32,000 nt of DNA from Kiritimatiella glycovorans (GTDB lineage Bacteria > Verrucomicrobiota > Kiritimatiellia > Kiritimatiellales > Kiritimatiellaceae), in assembly GCF_001017655.1 (NCBI RefSeq), contig NZ_CP010904.1, forward strand, positions 1,860,001 through 1,892,000. The letters run 5' to 3'. Under the pieces are notes generated by a model that worked only from the letters and a program-made list of their open reading frames with translations, made no database searches and was not told the DNA's origin. Position numbers and translations under genes: made by a program. Below, one piece after another: positions 15,738 through 24,092 of the stretch. Position 1 is the stretch's first letter. Every line of letters begins with the position of its first letter.

Positions 15738-16223
15738 TCATCGGTATATCCTCACATCCTGCGGCCGGGTGCGCGGCGCGATTTCGATTTGACTGGCGGT
15801 CACCGATTTCACCAGCAGGTATAACTGCGCATCGGTCGCCCCCGCGGCGGCGCCGCCTCCGGCGGCACGGTCCACCTGAACGATGTCGCCTTCGCGGACG
15901 AAGTAGAGGTTCTTCACGCCGGGGATGGATATCGCACCCACTGGCTCTTTGCCGGCCACGGCCAGAATTCCCACTACGCGGATGCCTGGCGGAAGCGCGG
16001 CAGGTCCGGCGCTGACGAAGCCTTCGTCATCCGTCAGCCCCCGCATCGCAAACGGGTCGCCGGTCGGCATCCGGGGCGGAGGCGTAACCTCCGCCGCGGC
16101 GGTTCCCGCCGGCGCAGCCTTCTCTACCGCATTCGTCGCGACGCCAGCGGACACGCCGTCCTGCGCCATCGCCGGAACGGCAACGGCCCCCCATAGCCAC
16201 AGAAACCATATCGCTTGTTTCAT
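15738..16223 (-). CDS. PilP/GspC-like periplasmic pilus-assembly protein
   Basis: ATG at 16223 (MKQAIWFLWLW) with GGAG 7 nt upstream. Signal peptide, Ala/Pro linker, then the beta domain IRVVGILAVAGKEPVGAISIPG..YFVREGDIV. Confidence 0.5.
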   Translation of the reverse strand: MKQAIWFLWLWGAVAVPAMAQDGVSAGVATNAVEKAAPAGTAAAEVTPPPRMPTGDPFAMRGLTDDEGFVSAGPAALPPGIRVVGILAVAGKEPVGAISIPGVKNLYFVREGDIVQVDRAAGGGAAAGATDAQLYLLVKSVTASQIEIAPRTRPQDVRIYR

Positions 16224-16231
16224 CGTCTTCT

Positions 16232-16277
16232 CCAATCACTATTGACCAATCACCAATGACTAATGACCAATGACCAT
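16232..16277. repeat. TGACCAA heptamer array
   Basis: ccaatcactattgaccaatcaccaatgactaatgaccaatgaccatg, between the GspF/PilC stop (16281) and the PilP-like start. Confidence 0.85.
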
Positions 16278-16280
16278 GTC

Positions 16281-17516
16281 CTACCTCGCCGCCCGCGTGG
16301 CCGTCAGCACGGCCAGGTAGAACCCGAAATATACGAGCCCGACAAAGCCCCCCACCACAACGAATACGGCGGGTTCGACCAGTTTACTGAGCAACGTCAC
16401 ACGGCGGGTGAGCTGATCCTCCGAAAATCGGCCGACCTCCAGCAGACTCTCGTCCATGTGGCCGCCTTCCTCGCTGACGCTGACCAGCGTGTGCGCCATC
16501 GGCGTGAGCCGGTACAACTCCGTGGCCTCGATGCTCTTGCTCAAACTGGAACCGTCGCGCAGCATCGCGCGCACGCGCTCGAACTGCGCCGCGTAAATCC
16601 AATTGCTCATCGTGCCCCGCACGAGATCCACGGCCGCCAGCACGTCGAGGCCGCTGCCCAGCAGCGAACCCATCGTGGAACACCACATCGCGTTGGCATG
16701 GAAGCGCAACACACCGCCCAGCAGCGGAACCCGCAGCGCGATCGCGTCCACCCATTCGCCGGAACGCGCCGTGCGCCGCAAGGCCACCACAAGCACGACC
16801 AGCACCACCGGGGCGAGCAGGACATACAACCCGTACTCGGTCAGGAAACCGTCAAGCGCAATGACCATGCGCGTGGGCAGCGGCAATTCGACGCCTTTAC
16901 GGCTGGATTCGATGAACTTCATCACCGCCGGAAAGACCTTGCGCACCATGAACGCGCCAATACCCATGGCCGCCACGAGCACGACGGTGGGATAGCTGAA
17001 CGCCTGTAGAATCTGCTCGCGGGTCTTGCGCGCGCGCTCCTTGAGCCCCGCCGCATGCACGGCCATGGTGTCGAGCGTGCCGTTGGCCTCGCCCACGCCC
17101 AGCAAACCGATGGTCACCCGGTCGATCCCCGGCAGATTCTCGGCCAGGGCCTTGCTGAACGACTTGCCTTCGCGAATGCGTTCCGCCGTGTGCCGCAGCG
17201 CCTTTTGCATGGGCGGCGGGGCCGTGCGCGCCAGGGCGGTCAGCGCCGTGAGGATCGGCACGCCGGAACGCAGGAGCGAGCCGAGTTGCCGCAACACCAG
17301 CTCGACGCTGCTGGATCGGATCGTGATGCGGTCCAGCAGCCGTTCCAGGAACTTCGATTTCCCCGAACCCGTATGGCCGGCCGGCGCCGGGGCCAGCGAC
17401 AGCACGCTGGCGCCGTCGGCCCGCAGGCGTTCGGCCGCTTCGCGTTCCGATGCCGCCTCCAGCGTGCCTTCACGCCGTATGCCGCCCTGCAAAACGATGT
17501 AGCGGAATCCAGGCAT
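16281..17516 (-). CDS. type II secretion / type IV pilus platform protein (GspF/PilC family)
   Basis: 411 aa with two T2SSF-type repeats and three hydrophobic segments. The N-terminus MPGFRYIVLQGGIRREGTLEA is typical of the family. Confidence 0.9.
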   Translation of the reverse strand: MPGFRYIVLQGGIRREGTLEAASEREAAERLRADGASVLSLAPAPAGHTGSGKSKFLERLLDRITIRSSSVELVLRQLGSLLRSGVPILTALTALARTAPPPMQKALRHTAERIREGKSFSKALAENLPGIDRVTIGLLGVGEANGTLDTMAVHAAGLKERARKTREQILQAFSYPTVVLVAAMGIGAFMVRKVFPAVMKFIESSRKGVELPLPTRMVIALDGFLTEYGLYVLLAPVVLVVLVVALRRTARSGEWVDAIALRVPLLGGVLRFHANAMWCSTMGSLLGSGLDVLAAVDLVRGTMSNWIYAAQFERVRAMLRDGSSLSKSIEATELYRLTPMAHTLVSVSEEGGHMDESLLEVGRFSEDQLTRRVTLLSKLVEPAVFVVVGGFVGLVYFGFYLAVLTATRAAR

Positions 17517-18973
17517 CAGACGTCAACCTCCCCGACGAACGTCACCCGCCGCACTTCCTCCGGCGTGGTGAGCCCGGCCGCCACCTTGTCCGCCCCGTCC
17601 TGCGCCAGGGTCGGCAGCTTGCGCTGCTCGAATGCGAAATCGGCCATGCTATCCTCCGATGCATCGGCCACGACCAGGTCGCGCAGCGCGCGGTCCACGG
17701 GCGTCATTTCGTAGAGCCCGAGACGCCCCGCGTACCCGAGCTGGCCGCAGAACGCGCAACCGCGCGCGCGGGCAACCTGCGGCGGCGCGGCCGGATTCCA
17801 GCCGAACTCGGCGCATTGCGCTTCGGTTGCGGGCTCGCGAACGACGCAATGCGGACAGGGGCGCCGGACGAGCCGCTGGGCCACCACCAGCCGCAGGGTC
17901 GAGGCCGCCAGTTCCCGCGACACGCCGAGATTCAGCAGGCGCGTGATCACGGACACCGACGTGTTGGCGTGCAGCGTCGCCAGCACGATGTGCCCGGTAA
18001 GCGCGCTCTTGACCGCGATGTCCGCCGTTTCCGGGTCGCGGATTTCGCCGATCATGACGATATCCGGGTCATGCCGCAGCACGCTGCGCAGCGCCTTGGC
18101 GAACGACACCCGCTCGCCGTCGATCTGAATCTGGTTCACGCCTTTGAGCGGGATTTCGACCGGGTTCTCGATGGTCAGGATATGCTGCGTGCCCGGTTCG
18201 CGCAGATGGCGCAGCGCGGCGTACAGCGTCGTGGTCTTGCCGCTGCCGGTCGGCCCGGACAGCAGAATCACGCCGTAGGCCTGTTCCAGCGCGGCGCGCA
18301 TCATGCCGTAGTGCATCTCGCTCATGCCGAGCGCGTCCAGCCGGTCCAGCTCTTCCGATACGGCCGCCGTGGCCAGGATGCGCAGCGTGACCTTCTCGCC
18401 GTGCGTCGTGGGAATCACCGCCACGCGCATGGCAATGGACTCGCCCAGGCTGTCCATCACGATCTGGCCGTCCTGGGGCGCGCGCCGTTCGGAAATGTCC
18501 AACCGCGCCGCCACCTTCACCGCCGAGATCAAATCCGCCATGAAGGCGGGGGGATATTCGCTCACGACGCGCATCATGCCGTCCACGCGCATGCGCGCCA
18601 CGCCCATGCCTTCTTCGGGATCGAGATGGATGTCCGAACAGTGAATCTGGATCGCCCGGTTGACCAGCCGCTCCAGCGCGGCCAGCGCCGTCGGCGTCTC
18701 GTCGCCGGCCGCTCCGGCATAGTATCGCTCGATCGCGCGGGCAACCGCTTCCGGGCGCGAGGCGGTCACCGTCCGAACGCGCATGCCCAGCCGGCTTTCG
18801 AGTTCCATGACGCCGATGGGATCGTCGGGATTGGCCTGCGCCACGGTCAGCGTCTCGCCCTCCAGCGCCACCGGCAGCAGCCCGTAGCGCCGGGCCAGCC
18901 GCGCCGGGACCCGCGCAAGGGCCGCCTCCGCAATGGCGACCTTGGAGAGATCGACTGTCTGTTGCCCGCTCAT
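17516..18973 (-). CDS. GspE/PilB-family assembly ATPase
   Basis: True start MSGQQTVD at 18973 (ATGA overlap). T2SSE_N-like LARRYGLLPVALEG, Walker A GPTGSGKTTT, TIENPVEI, DPDIVMIGEIRD, TGHIVLATLHAN, tetracysteine CPHC...CAFC. Confidence 0.9.
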   Translation of the reverse strand: MSGQQTVDLSKVAIAEAALARVPARLARRYGLLPVALEGETLTVAQANPDDPIGVMELESRLGMRVRTVTASRPEAVARAIERYYAGAAGDETPTALAALERLVNRAIQIHCSDIHLDPEEGMGVARMRVDGMMRVVSEYPPAFMADLISAVKVAARLDISERRAPQDGQIVMDSLGESIAMRVAVIPTTHGEKVTLRILATAAVSEELDRLDALGMSEMHYGMMRAALEQAYGVILLSGPTGSGKTTTLYAALRHLREPGTQHILTIENPVEIPLKGVNQIQIDGERVSFAKALRSVLRHDPDIVMIGEIRDPETADIAVKSALTGHIVLATLHANTSVSVITRLLNLGVSRELAASTLRLVVAQRLVRRPCPHCVVREPATEAQCAEFGWNPAAPPQVARARGCAFCGQLGYAGRLGLYEMTPVDRALRDLVVADASEDSMADFAFEQRKLPTLAQDGADKVAAGLTTPEEVRRVTFVGEVDV

Positions 18974-19626
18974 GCGCCGCCCCCTCCGTACAGATGGAGC
19001 ACGAGCGTGAAGCGCAGCACCAGCGGCGGCGCGGTGGCGCCGCCGAACCCGTCGCTCTCCCTCAACAGTCCGATCGAGACATCGCGCAGTTCCCACAGGA
19101 GCGGCTCGCGGCGCGCCTCGTCGAGAAACCCGTAGATCGCGCCGAACCGCCCCGCCAGCTCGTACGCCGAGGCCACCGTCGGGACCGGAGCGTCGCCGGG
19201 GCTCTCCACCGCCGTATTCTTCAACACATGCAGACCGTGCCGGCCCGCGAGCGCCAGCAGCGCGGCATTCGCGTCCGCCTTGCCGGCGTCCAGCCGGTAG
19301 GCGCTGGTCTTTTCGACCTCCGCCAGCTCGGCGGCGCGGTCCTGGAGACTGCGTTGCAGGTTTTCGGCGCGCAGTTCTTCCTCCTGGATCTCCGGGTCGT
19401 CCGCCGGCGCGGGCACAGTCACGGGCACGCCCTTATCGGCCAGGGTCTTGCGCTCCGCGGCCAACTCGCGGTCCAGCGGGTCGAGGACTTTCGTCCGGGC
19501 GGCGATTACCACGCCCATGGCGAGCACGATGCCGATGATGATTCGGTGAAACGCCGTGAAGCGTTGCCAGAACGTCAGAAACTCGCGTTTCCACTGGCGC
19601 AGTGCGCGCCTTAATGCCCGCATCAT
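18970..19626 (-). CDS. PilO/GspM-like bitopic assembly protein
   Basis: ATG at 19626 (MMRALRR). Short basic N-terminus, one TM (IIIGIVLAMGVVIAA), a coiled coil and a C-terminal alpha/beta domain. The ORF-track N-terminus [10 protein letters not shown] is repeat-derived. Confidence 0.55.
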   Translation of the reverse strand: MMRALRRALRQWKREFLTFWQRFTAFHRIIIGIVLAMGVVIAARTKVLDPLDRELAAERKTLADKGVPVTVPAPADDPEIQEEELRAENLQRSLQDRAAELAEVEKTSAYRLDAGKADANAALLALAGRHGLHVLKNTAVESPGDAPVPTVASAYELAGRFGAIYGFLDEARREPLLWELRDVSIGLLRESDGFGGATAPPLVLRFTLVLHLYGGGGA

Positions 19627-19652
19627 GATGCCACTCCTGTTGGCTGAAAAGA

Positions 19653-19927
19653 ACTCACCACGGAGGCACGGAGGCACGGAGCCGACGCGCTGGGAATAGG
19701 CTGATTGTTCAAAGCTTCAGCAATGAACTCAGTGTCTCCGTGTCTCTGTGGTGAATTTGACGACGGGAGAGGGGGACTCACCACGGAGGCACGGAGGCAC
19801 GGAGCCGACGCGCTGGGAATAGGCTGATTGTTCAAAGCTTCAGCAATGAACTCAGTGTCTCCGTGTCTCTGTGGTGAACTTGACGACGGGAGAGGGGGAC
19901 TCACCACGGAGGCACGGAGGCACGGAG
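19653..19927. repeat. 123-bp tandem duplication of a PAL-B hairpin unit (2 full units plus a third left arm)
   Basis: Period of 123 bp confirmed by the 41-aa peptide periodicity in ORF 19623..20024. The units differ at one position by eye (gaatttga vs gaacttga). Confidence 0.9.
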
Positions 19928-19951
19928 AAGAGAAGACAAGAGAGGAGATTT

Positions 19952-20329
19952 TCATAGAACCATCCGTTTGATGCCATGCTTGAGCACGGGAACATTGAAA
20001 TTGATAAGCAACCCGACTCTGCATCCGGTCAGCTTCATGTAGGTGAGCAATTGCGCTTCGTGAATGGGCTCCAGTTCCTTGACGGCCTTCAGTTCCACAA
20101 CCACTTTCCCGTGCACGACGAGGTCCAGGCGCAAGTCCTCGCCGACTCGCTCACCCTTGTACAGCAGGGGCAATCTCACCTGGGTCTCGGACGCTACGCT
20201 GCGAAGGCGCAACTCGTGGCATAGGCTTCTTTCGTAAATCTCCTCGTACAGACCGGGACCCCAGTGCTTGTGCACCTCGATGGCCGCCCCGATGATCTGC
20301 TCCGTCAGCTCTGCTTCCACCATGCCCAT
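19952..20329 (-). CDS. GxxExxY family protein
   Basis: 125 aa. [29 protein letters not shown] contains G-L-Y-E-E-I-Y. Length and LLINF.. C-terminus are typical of the family. GGAG SD upstream of the ATG at 20329. Confidence 0.85.
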   Translation of the reverse strand: MGMVEAELTEQIIGAAIEVHKHWGPGLYEEIYERSLCHELRLRSVASETQVRLPLLYKGERVGEDLRLDLVVHGKVVVELKAVKELEPIHEAQLLTYMKLTGCRVGLLINFNVPVLKHGIKRMVL

Positions 20330-20360
20330 TCCATCTCCTCTTCCGCGCCCCCAAACACTG

Positions 20361-20389
20361 CTCCGTGCCTCCGTGTCTCCGTGGTGAGT
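20361..20389. repeat. PAL-B right arm pairing with the left arm at 19899-19927
   Basis: ctccgtgcctccgtgtctccgtggtgagt is the reverse complement of 19899-19927 at 28 of 29 positions. Confidence 0.85.
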
Positions 20390-20392
20390 TCT

Positions 20393-21763
20393 TCATTCCG
20401 GCACCACCGTATAGCGGAAGCGCTGCGCGTATTGGCCTTCGATCGTTTCCAAGCCGCCGAACTCGCGGCGCAGCCCCTCGCGCCGCCCCATCTCGCGCAG
20501 CGCCGCGTCGAGCTGGGTCAGTCCGTCCTGCCAGCGGGTGAGGCCCACGATTTCGAATCCGCCGCCCTCGCGCTGTTTGACCGATCCCAGGCACGAATAG
20601 GCCGGCATGTGCTGGGCCAGCGTCTCCAAGAGTGGCAGCAGTCCGTGCGGCAGACAGCGCCGCCCGGCCAGCATCTCCTTCTTCGTCACGATCGCGGTCT
20701 GGCGCTTCCGCAGCGCTTCGCTCTCGCCCGCCGCCTTCTTCCGCGCGCTCTCCAGCGTCTCCCACGCCTTGAGGTTGGCCTGCGCGCGGCACAGGTCGTG
20801 GTGCAGGGTCTGCCGCCGCCATCCCACCCAGACCAGCGAGAAGGCCAGAATGATGAAGAGCAGCACCGTCCCGTGCCGGTGCGGATCGCGCGGACGCGGC
20901 GGAAGCCCGATCCACGGACAGGCGTCTTCCACGCCACCGACGCGCCCGCCCGCAGTCCCGCGCAACGCCGCTTCCTCAAGCTCCGGCAGCGCGAGGTACT
21001 CGACATCCGCGCACGAGCCGATGTAGGGCGCAATTCGGCCTTGAAGCTGTTCGACCTCGCCCGGCAACACAACCGTCATGGGCACGGCATCGTGTACACT
21101 CAAGCGCTCCCGTGCGCGCTCCGCGCGTTCGCGCGCCGTCGGGTCCGATGCCGCGTCCAGCCCCAGCGGGATCGTCGCCGTCATGAACGGCTGGGGATCG
21201 TTGGCCGGCACGGCGTAGAAGCTCGTACGCTCGCGAACGATGAGCAGCCGCCGGTTCGGCGCGCGATGCGCATGCGCGGCCAGTATTGCCAGTTCGAGCG
21301 ACCCCGCGCCCTCGAACGCCACGCCCTCGCTTTCCGCGTCCGCCACGAAGCGATTCAGCCGTTCGATCTCGAACGACGCGGCCAGCAGCGCCTTGCGGTC
21401 GCCGCCCATCTCGTAAAGATGCGCCCGCGCCGCCGCCAGCCGATGCCCGGCCGCTTCCAGTCCCGCCTCGCCCTGCGCCTCGTAAGCCAGCGCGGTCTGC
21501 AATTCCTCGTCCGAGGCGTCCTCCGGCAATTCCGCCAGAAGCGCATGCACATCACCCGACAGCAGCACGCGCAAGCGCTTTGCCCGGGATTGGGCAATGA
21601 AATCCAGAATGGTCTTCGGCAACCCGCGCCCGGCGCGCGACGCCTCCTCCGCGCGATCGACGCACGTCCATTCGCCATGCCCGCGTTTCAGGGCATACGC
21701 CCGCCACGCCAGCCCGTCATGGACGGCGACCACCAGCGATTTGCTCTGTCCGGGTAATCTCAT
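20393..21763 (-). CDS. GspL-like protein (PilM-like cytoplasmic domain, TM, PilN-like periplasmic domain)
   Basis: 456 aa. About 300 cytoplasmic residues, TM VLLFIILAFSLVWVGW, a coiled coil, then a C-terminal alpha/beta domain. Sits upstream of the PilO/GspM-like gene. Assigned from architecture and context only. Confidence 0.6.
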   Translation of the reverse strand: MRLPGQSKSLVVAVHDGLAWRAYALKRGHGEWTCVDRAEEASRAGRGLPKTILDFIAQSRAKRLRVLLSGDVHALLAELPEDASDEELQTALAYEAQGEAGLEAAGHRLAAARAHLYEMGGDRKALLAASFEIERLNRFVADAESEGVAFEGAGSLELAILAAHAHRAPNRRLLIVRERTSFYAVPANDPQPFMTATIPLGLDAASDPTARERAERARERLSVHDAVPMTVVLPGEVEQLQGRIAPYIGSCADVEYLALPELEEAALRGTAGGRVGGVEDACPWIGLPPRPRDPHRHGTVLLFIILAFSLVWVGWRRQTLHHDLCRAQANLKAWETLESARKKAAGESEALRKRQTAIVTKKEMLAGRRCLPHGLLPLLETLAQHMPAYSCLGSVKQREGGGFEIVGLTRWQDGLTQLDAALREMGRREGLRREFGGLETIEGQYAQRFRYTVVPE

Positions 21764-21787
21764 GGCTGTTCTGACCTGTTATTCATG

Positions 21788-21861
21788 CTCACCACGGAGA
21801 CACGGAGGCACGGAGGAGAGATGAAGGGGATTCTCTCTGTGCCTCTGTGTCTCCGTGGTTG
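21788..21861. repeat. PAL-B palindromic element
   Basis: ctcaccacggagacacggaggcacggag - 19 nt - ctctgtgcctctgtgtctccgtggttg. Confidence 0.85.
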
Positions 21862-21886
21862 TTCTCTCTTCAACGGCATCATCATG

Positions 21887-22860
21887 CTACGGCTCCCTTT
21901 GGAGTTGCTCCGCTAGATAGAGGGTGATGAAGTTCGCGCCGGGCCGGATCTCAACGGATTGGGCTCCCGAATGCCACGCGTTATTCGTTGTGCCGCCGCC
22001 TGCGTTGAACCCGTACGCAAAGACCTGCCTGATCCCCGGAAACAGGTTCGAGAACACAACCGGGGTTCCTGCCGTGAGCGATTTTGACAGAGGCCCCGTT
22101 GTATTGGGAACGGCCAGGAGGACGTTTCCAGCAGTCAGAAACTCGTGCTGGGGCAATGCATACCAGTTTGTACCGGTCACGGACGGAGGTTCATTGCTGT
22201 TCGTCGACATACAGACATAGACATCCGCGTTGGTGCTGCACAGGTCGCCCGGAAAGTAGTTTGTGGTGGACGACCAGAGGGATGGCGCATTCGTGTTGGG
22301 GCTCATCCATGCGCAGAGAGCGAGTCGTGGGTTCCTGTGCAGAGCACGTACCTCCACCCGTAGCCAGCAGTTCGAAACGCTCGCAAAGGAGTATTCCACG
22401 TCATTGGTCAGCCAACCCGCACGGTCTTTCACTCTCGCCACGAGCTGTGTTCCGTTGATCAACTCGATCGGCTCGCCGAATCCGTCGTAGAAATTGGTGT
22501 CCGAAGCAACCACATAGGGTCCGGCCCAGCCCGCGTGTAAACCGGCAGTAATGGGCGCATAGCCAGGCACATCGAAACTATACGAAAGGTGCTGGAACGT
22601 GTTGGTGCTGGTAACGAGTTCACCCAGCGAATTCGGCAACCTCCCCATGTCGCGGACGAAGCGGCCGGCTTCCACGCCGTTGCCGACGACGGCTTCGCGG
22701 ATCAGGCGCATGCGCGTGACCGTTTCGTCGTAGCGGCCCCGGTTGGCGAGATCGCTGGCGCCAACCAGCATCATGCTCGCCAGGCCGGCCATCAGGGCCA
22801 GGACGACCACCAGCTCGATCAGCGTCATGCCCGCGCGCGGGTCTGACGCCGGTGCAGCAT
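21887..22860 (-). CDS. large prepilin-like (pseudopilin) protein with an apparently frameshifted leader
   Basis: G|MTLIELVVVLALMAGLASMML prepilin motif with its ATG at 22828. No conventional in-frame start exists: only GTG at 22942 or an ATG at 23119 inside repeats. A basic leader MLHRRQTRARA lies in another frame from 22860. Confidence 0.65.
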
Positions 22861-22864
22861 CGGC

Positions 22865-23116
22865 GGAAAGCGGACGCTCACCACGGAGGCCACGCCTCCG
22901 GCGTGGTAAACACGGACCTTGCCACGCCAGGGGCGTGGGCACGGAGAAGCGTTTGCTATTCCTCGCCCTCTGCGGCACTCCGTGCCTCGGTGTCTCCGTG
23001 GTGAGTTCTTTGGAAAGCGGACGCTCACCACGGAGGCACGGAAACACGGAGAAGACTCTGCGCTTCCGCTCTCTCTGCGGCCCTCCGTGCCTCGGTGTCT
23101 CTGTGGTGAGTTCTTT
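22865..23116. repeat. two tandem PAL-B units
   Basis: Both units start ggaaagcggacgctcaccacggagg and end ctccgtgcctcggtgtct(c/t)cgtggtgagttcttt. The first unit carries an extra roughly 40-bp internal insertion. Confidence 0.85.
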
Positions 23117-23141
23117 CATATCTTCTGCCCCTCCAACCGGA

Positions 23142-23735
23142 TTACTCGTCGAACGTCAGTTGCCGTTTCAGCTCTTCGCGTTTCTCGGCGTTGAACCTCC
23201 CGCTGTTCGTGCTGGGGTACAGAAACAGGTTCGTGAATCCGGCGGACGGATAGTCGTTGCTCACCACCACCTCATACGGATCCCCATACGGGTCGAGCAA
23301 TGCGCGGTAGCCGGCAGCGTTGGTTCCTTCGGACACGGCATAGGGTCCGCGCCAGCCGCGGTTCTTCGCCAAGTCCCACTCTTCATAGCTAAAGAGCGAA
23401 GGTGAATTGGTGTCCGTTTGCGTCAGGAGCGGCGCGAGATCGACGGCGGCCCAGTCCGCCATGTTGGTTGGCCCTCCCGTAGCGAACTCGCAATGGTTGT
23501 AGAACCGGATGAACGTGCGCTGGATGTCGTACATCTCGCTCTGCACGACGGATTCCATCGATTTCTCCTTGTCGACTTTGAGCAAGGGGAGCATCAGGGA
23601 GGCCAGCGCGCCCAGCAGCCCGATCACGATCAACAGCTCGATCAGCGTGAAGCCGGAAGAGGCGCTTCGCGCCGTCATTGGCGATTGGTCATTCGTCATT
23701 CGTGAAGAGCCCAGTGCGTTTCGTGTCTTGTTCAT
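23142..23735 (-). CDS. GspG-like major pseudopilin / type IV pilin
   Basis: G|FTLIELLIVIGLLGALASLMLP, with GWRGPY and DPYGDPY as in GspG. The ATG at 23735 has GGAGG 7 nt upstream. Alternative ATG at 23678. Confidence 0.85.
   Translation of the reverse strand: MNKTRNALGSSRMTNDQSPMTARSASSGFTLIELLIVIGLLGALASLMLPLLKVDKEKSMESVVQSEMYDIQRTFIRFYNHCEFATGGPTNMADWAAVDLAPLLTQTDTNSPSLFSYEEWDLAKNRGWRGPYAVSEGTNAAGYRALLDPYGDPYEVVVSNDYPSAGFTNLFLYPSTNSGRFNAEKREELKRQLTFDE
23672..23704. repeat. TGACNAA heptamer array inside the prepilin leader-coding region
   Basis: The mRNA strand reads cacgaatgacgaatgaccaatcgccaatgacgg, encoding SRMTNDQSPMT. Confidence 0.75.
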
Positions 23736-23943
23736 GGTCTTGCCTCCATTGTTGCAACGCTGTTCTTTCTGCTTTTGCCATCCGCGCGATGCACGCGGGA
23801 CAGGGATTGCCCGTCAGGCAGCCCGTGCAGCGACCGCCTCCGTCGCACCGATGGTCGTGGTGATCGCGGTGATCGTCGTCCGGCGCTTTCCCGTCGGGCT
23901 CGCGCTCGCTATCGTATCTCTCTGCTATCATGAGTTTCTCCAA
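23689..23943 (-). CDS. doubtful small His/Asp- and Cys-rich ORF
   Basis: 84-aa ORF with DDDHRDHHDHRCDGGGRCTGCLTGNPCPAC. GC-rich third positions, but no SD was seen and it overlaps the 23735 pilin start by 47 nt. Confidence 0.2.
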   Translation of the reverse strand: MEKLMIAERYDSEREPDGKAPDDDHRDHHDHRCDGGGRCTGCLTGNPCPACIARMAKAERTALQQWRQDHEQDTKRTGLFTNDE

Positions 23944-23949
23944 ACCTGG

Positions 23950-24019
23950 ATTTCACCACAGAGGCACGGAGGCACAGAGTTCAATCTCTGCTCCGTGTCT
24001 CCGCGCCTCCGTGGTGAAT
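23950..24019. repeat. PAL-B palindromic element
   Basis: atttcaccacagaggcacggaggcacagag - short loop - ctgctccgtgtctccgcgcctccgtggtgaat. Confidence 0.85.
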
Positions 24020-24059
24020 CTTCTCTTCAGTTGTTCTGTAGGACCTCTGGCAGTCCCTT

Positions 24060-24090
24060 CCAATGACTAATGACCAATGACTAATGACCA
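24060..24090. repeat. TGACCAA heptamer array
   Basis: ccaatgactaatgaccaatgactaatgaccag, ending 2 nt before the thioredoxin stop codon (24093). Confidence 0.85.
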
Positions 24091-24092
24091 GT

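Noticed and set aside
15577-15741. Secretin start at 15741 (ATGA overlap with the PilP-like stop).
   Set aside because: It would place about 95 repeat-encoded residues before the signal peptide, which is incompatible with Sec targeting. It is kept only as an alternative.
19653-19927. Possible CRISPR array, suggested by the regularly spaced repeats.
   Set aside because: The units are 123-bp near-identical tandem copies, so there are no unique spacers. The conserved parts are inverted arms rather than direct repeats, and no cas genes are present.
19623-20024. 133-aa ORF with a repeated 41-aa peptide (PQRHGDTEFIAEALNNQPIPSASAPCLRASVVS...).
   Set aside because: It is the translation of the 123-bp tandem PAL-B units. 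The same arms translate to similar peptides at every other copy, in different frames and on both strands.
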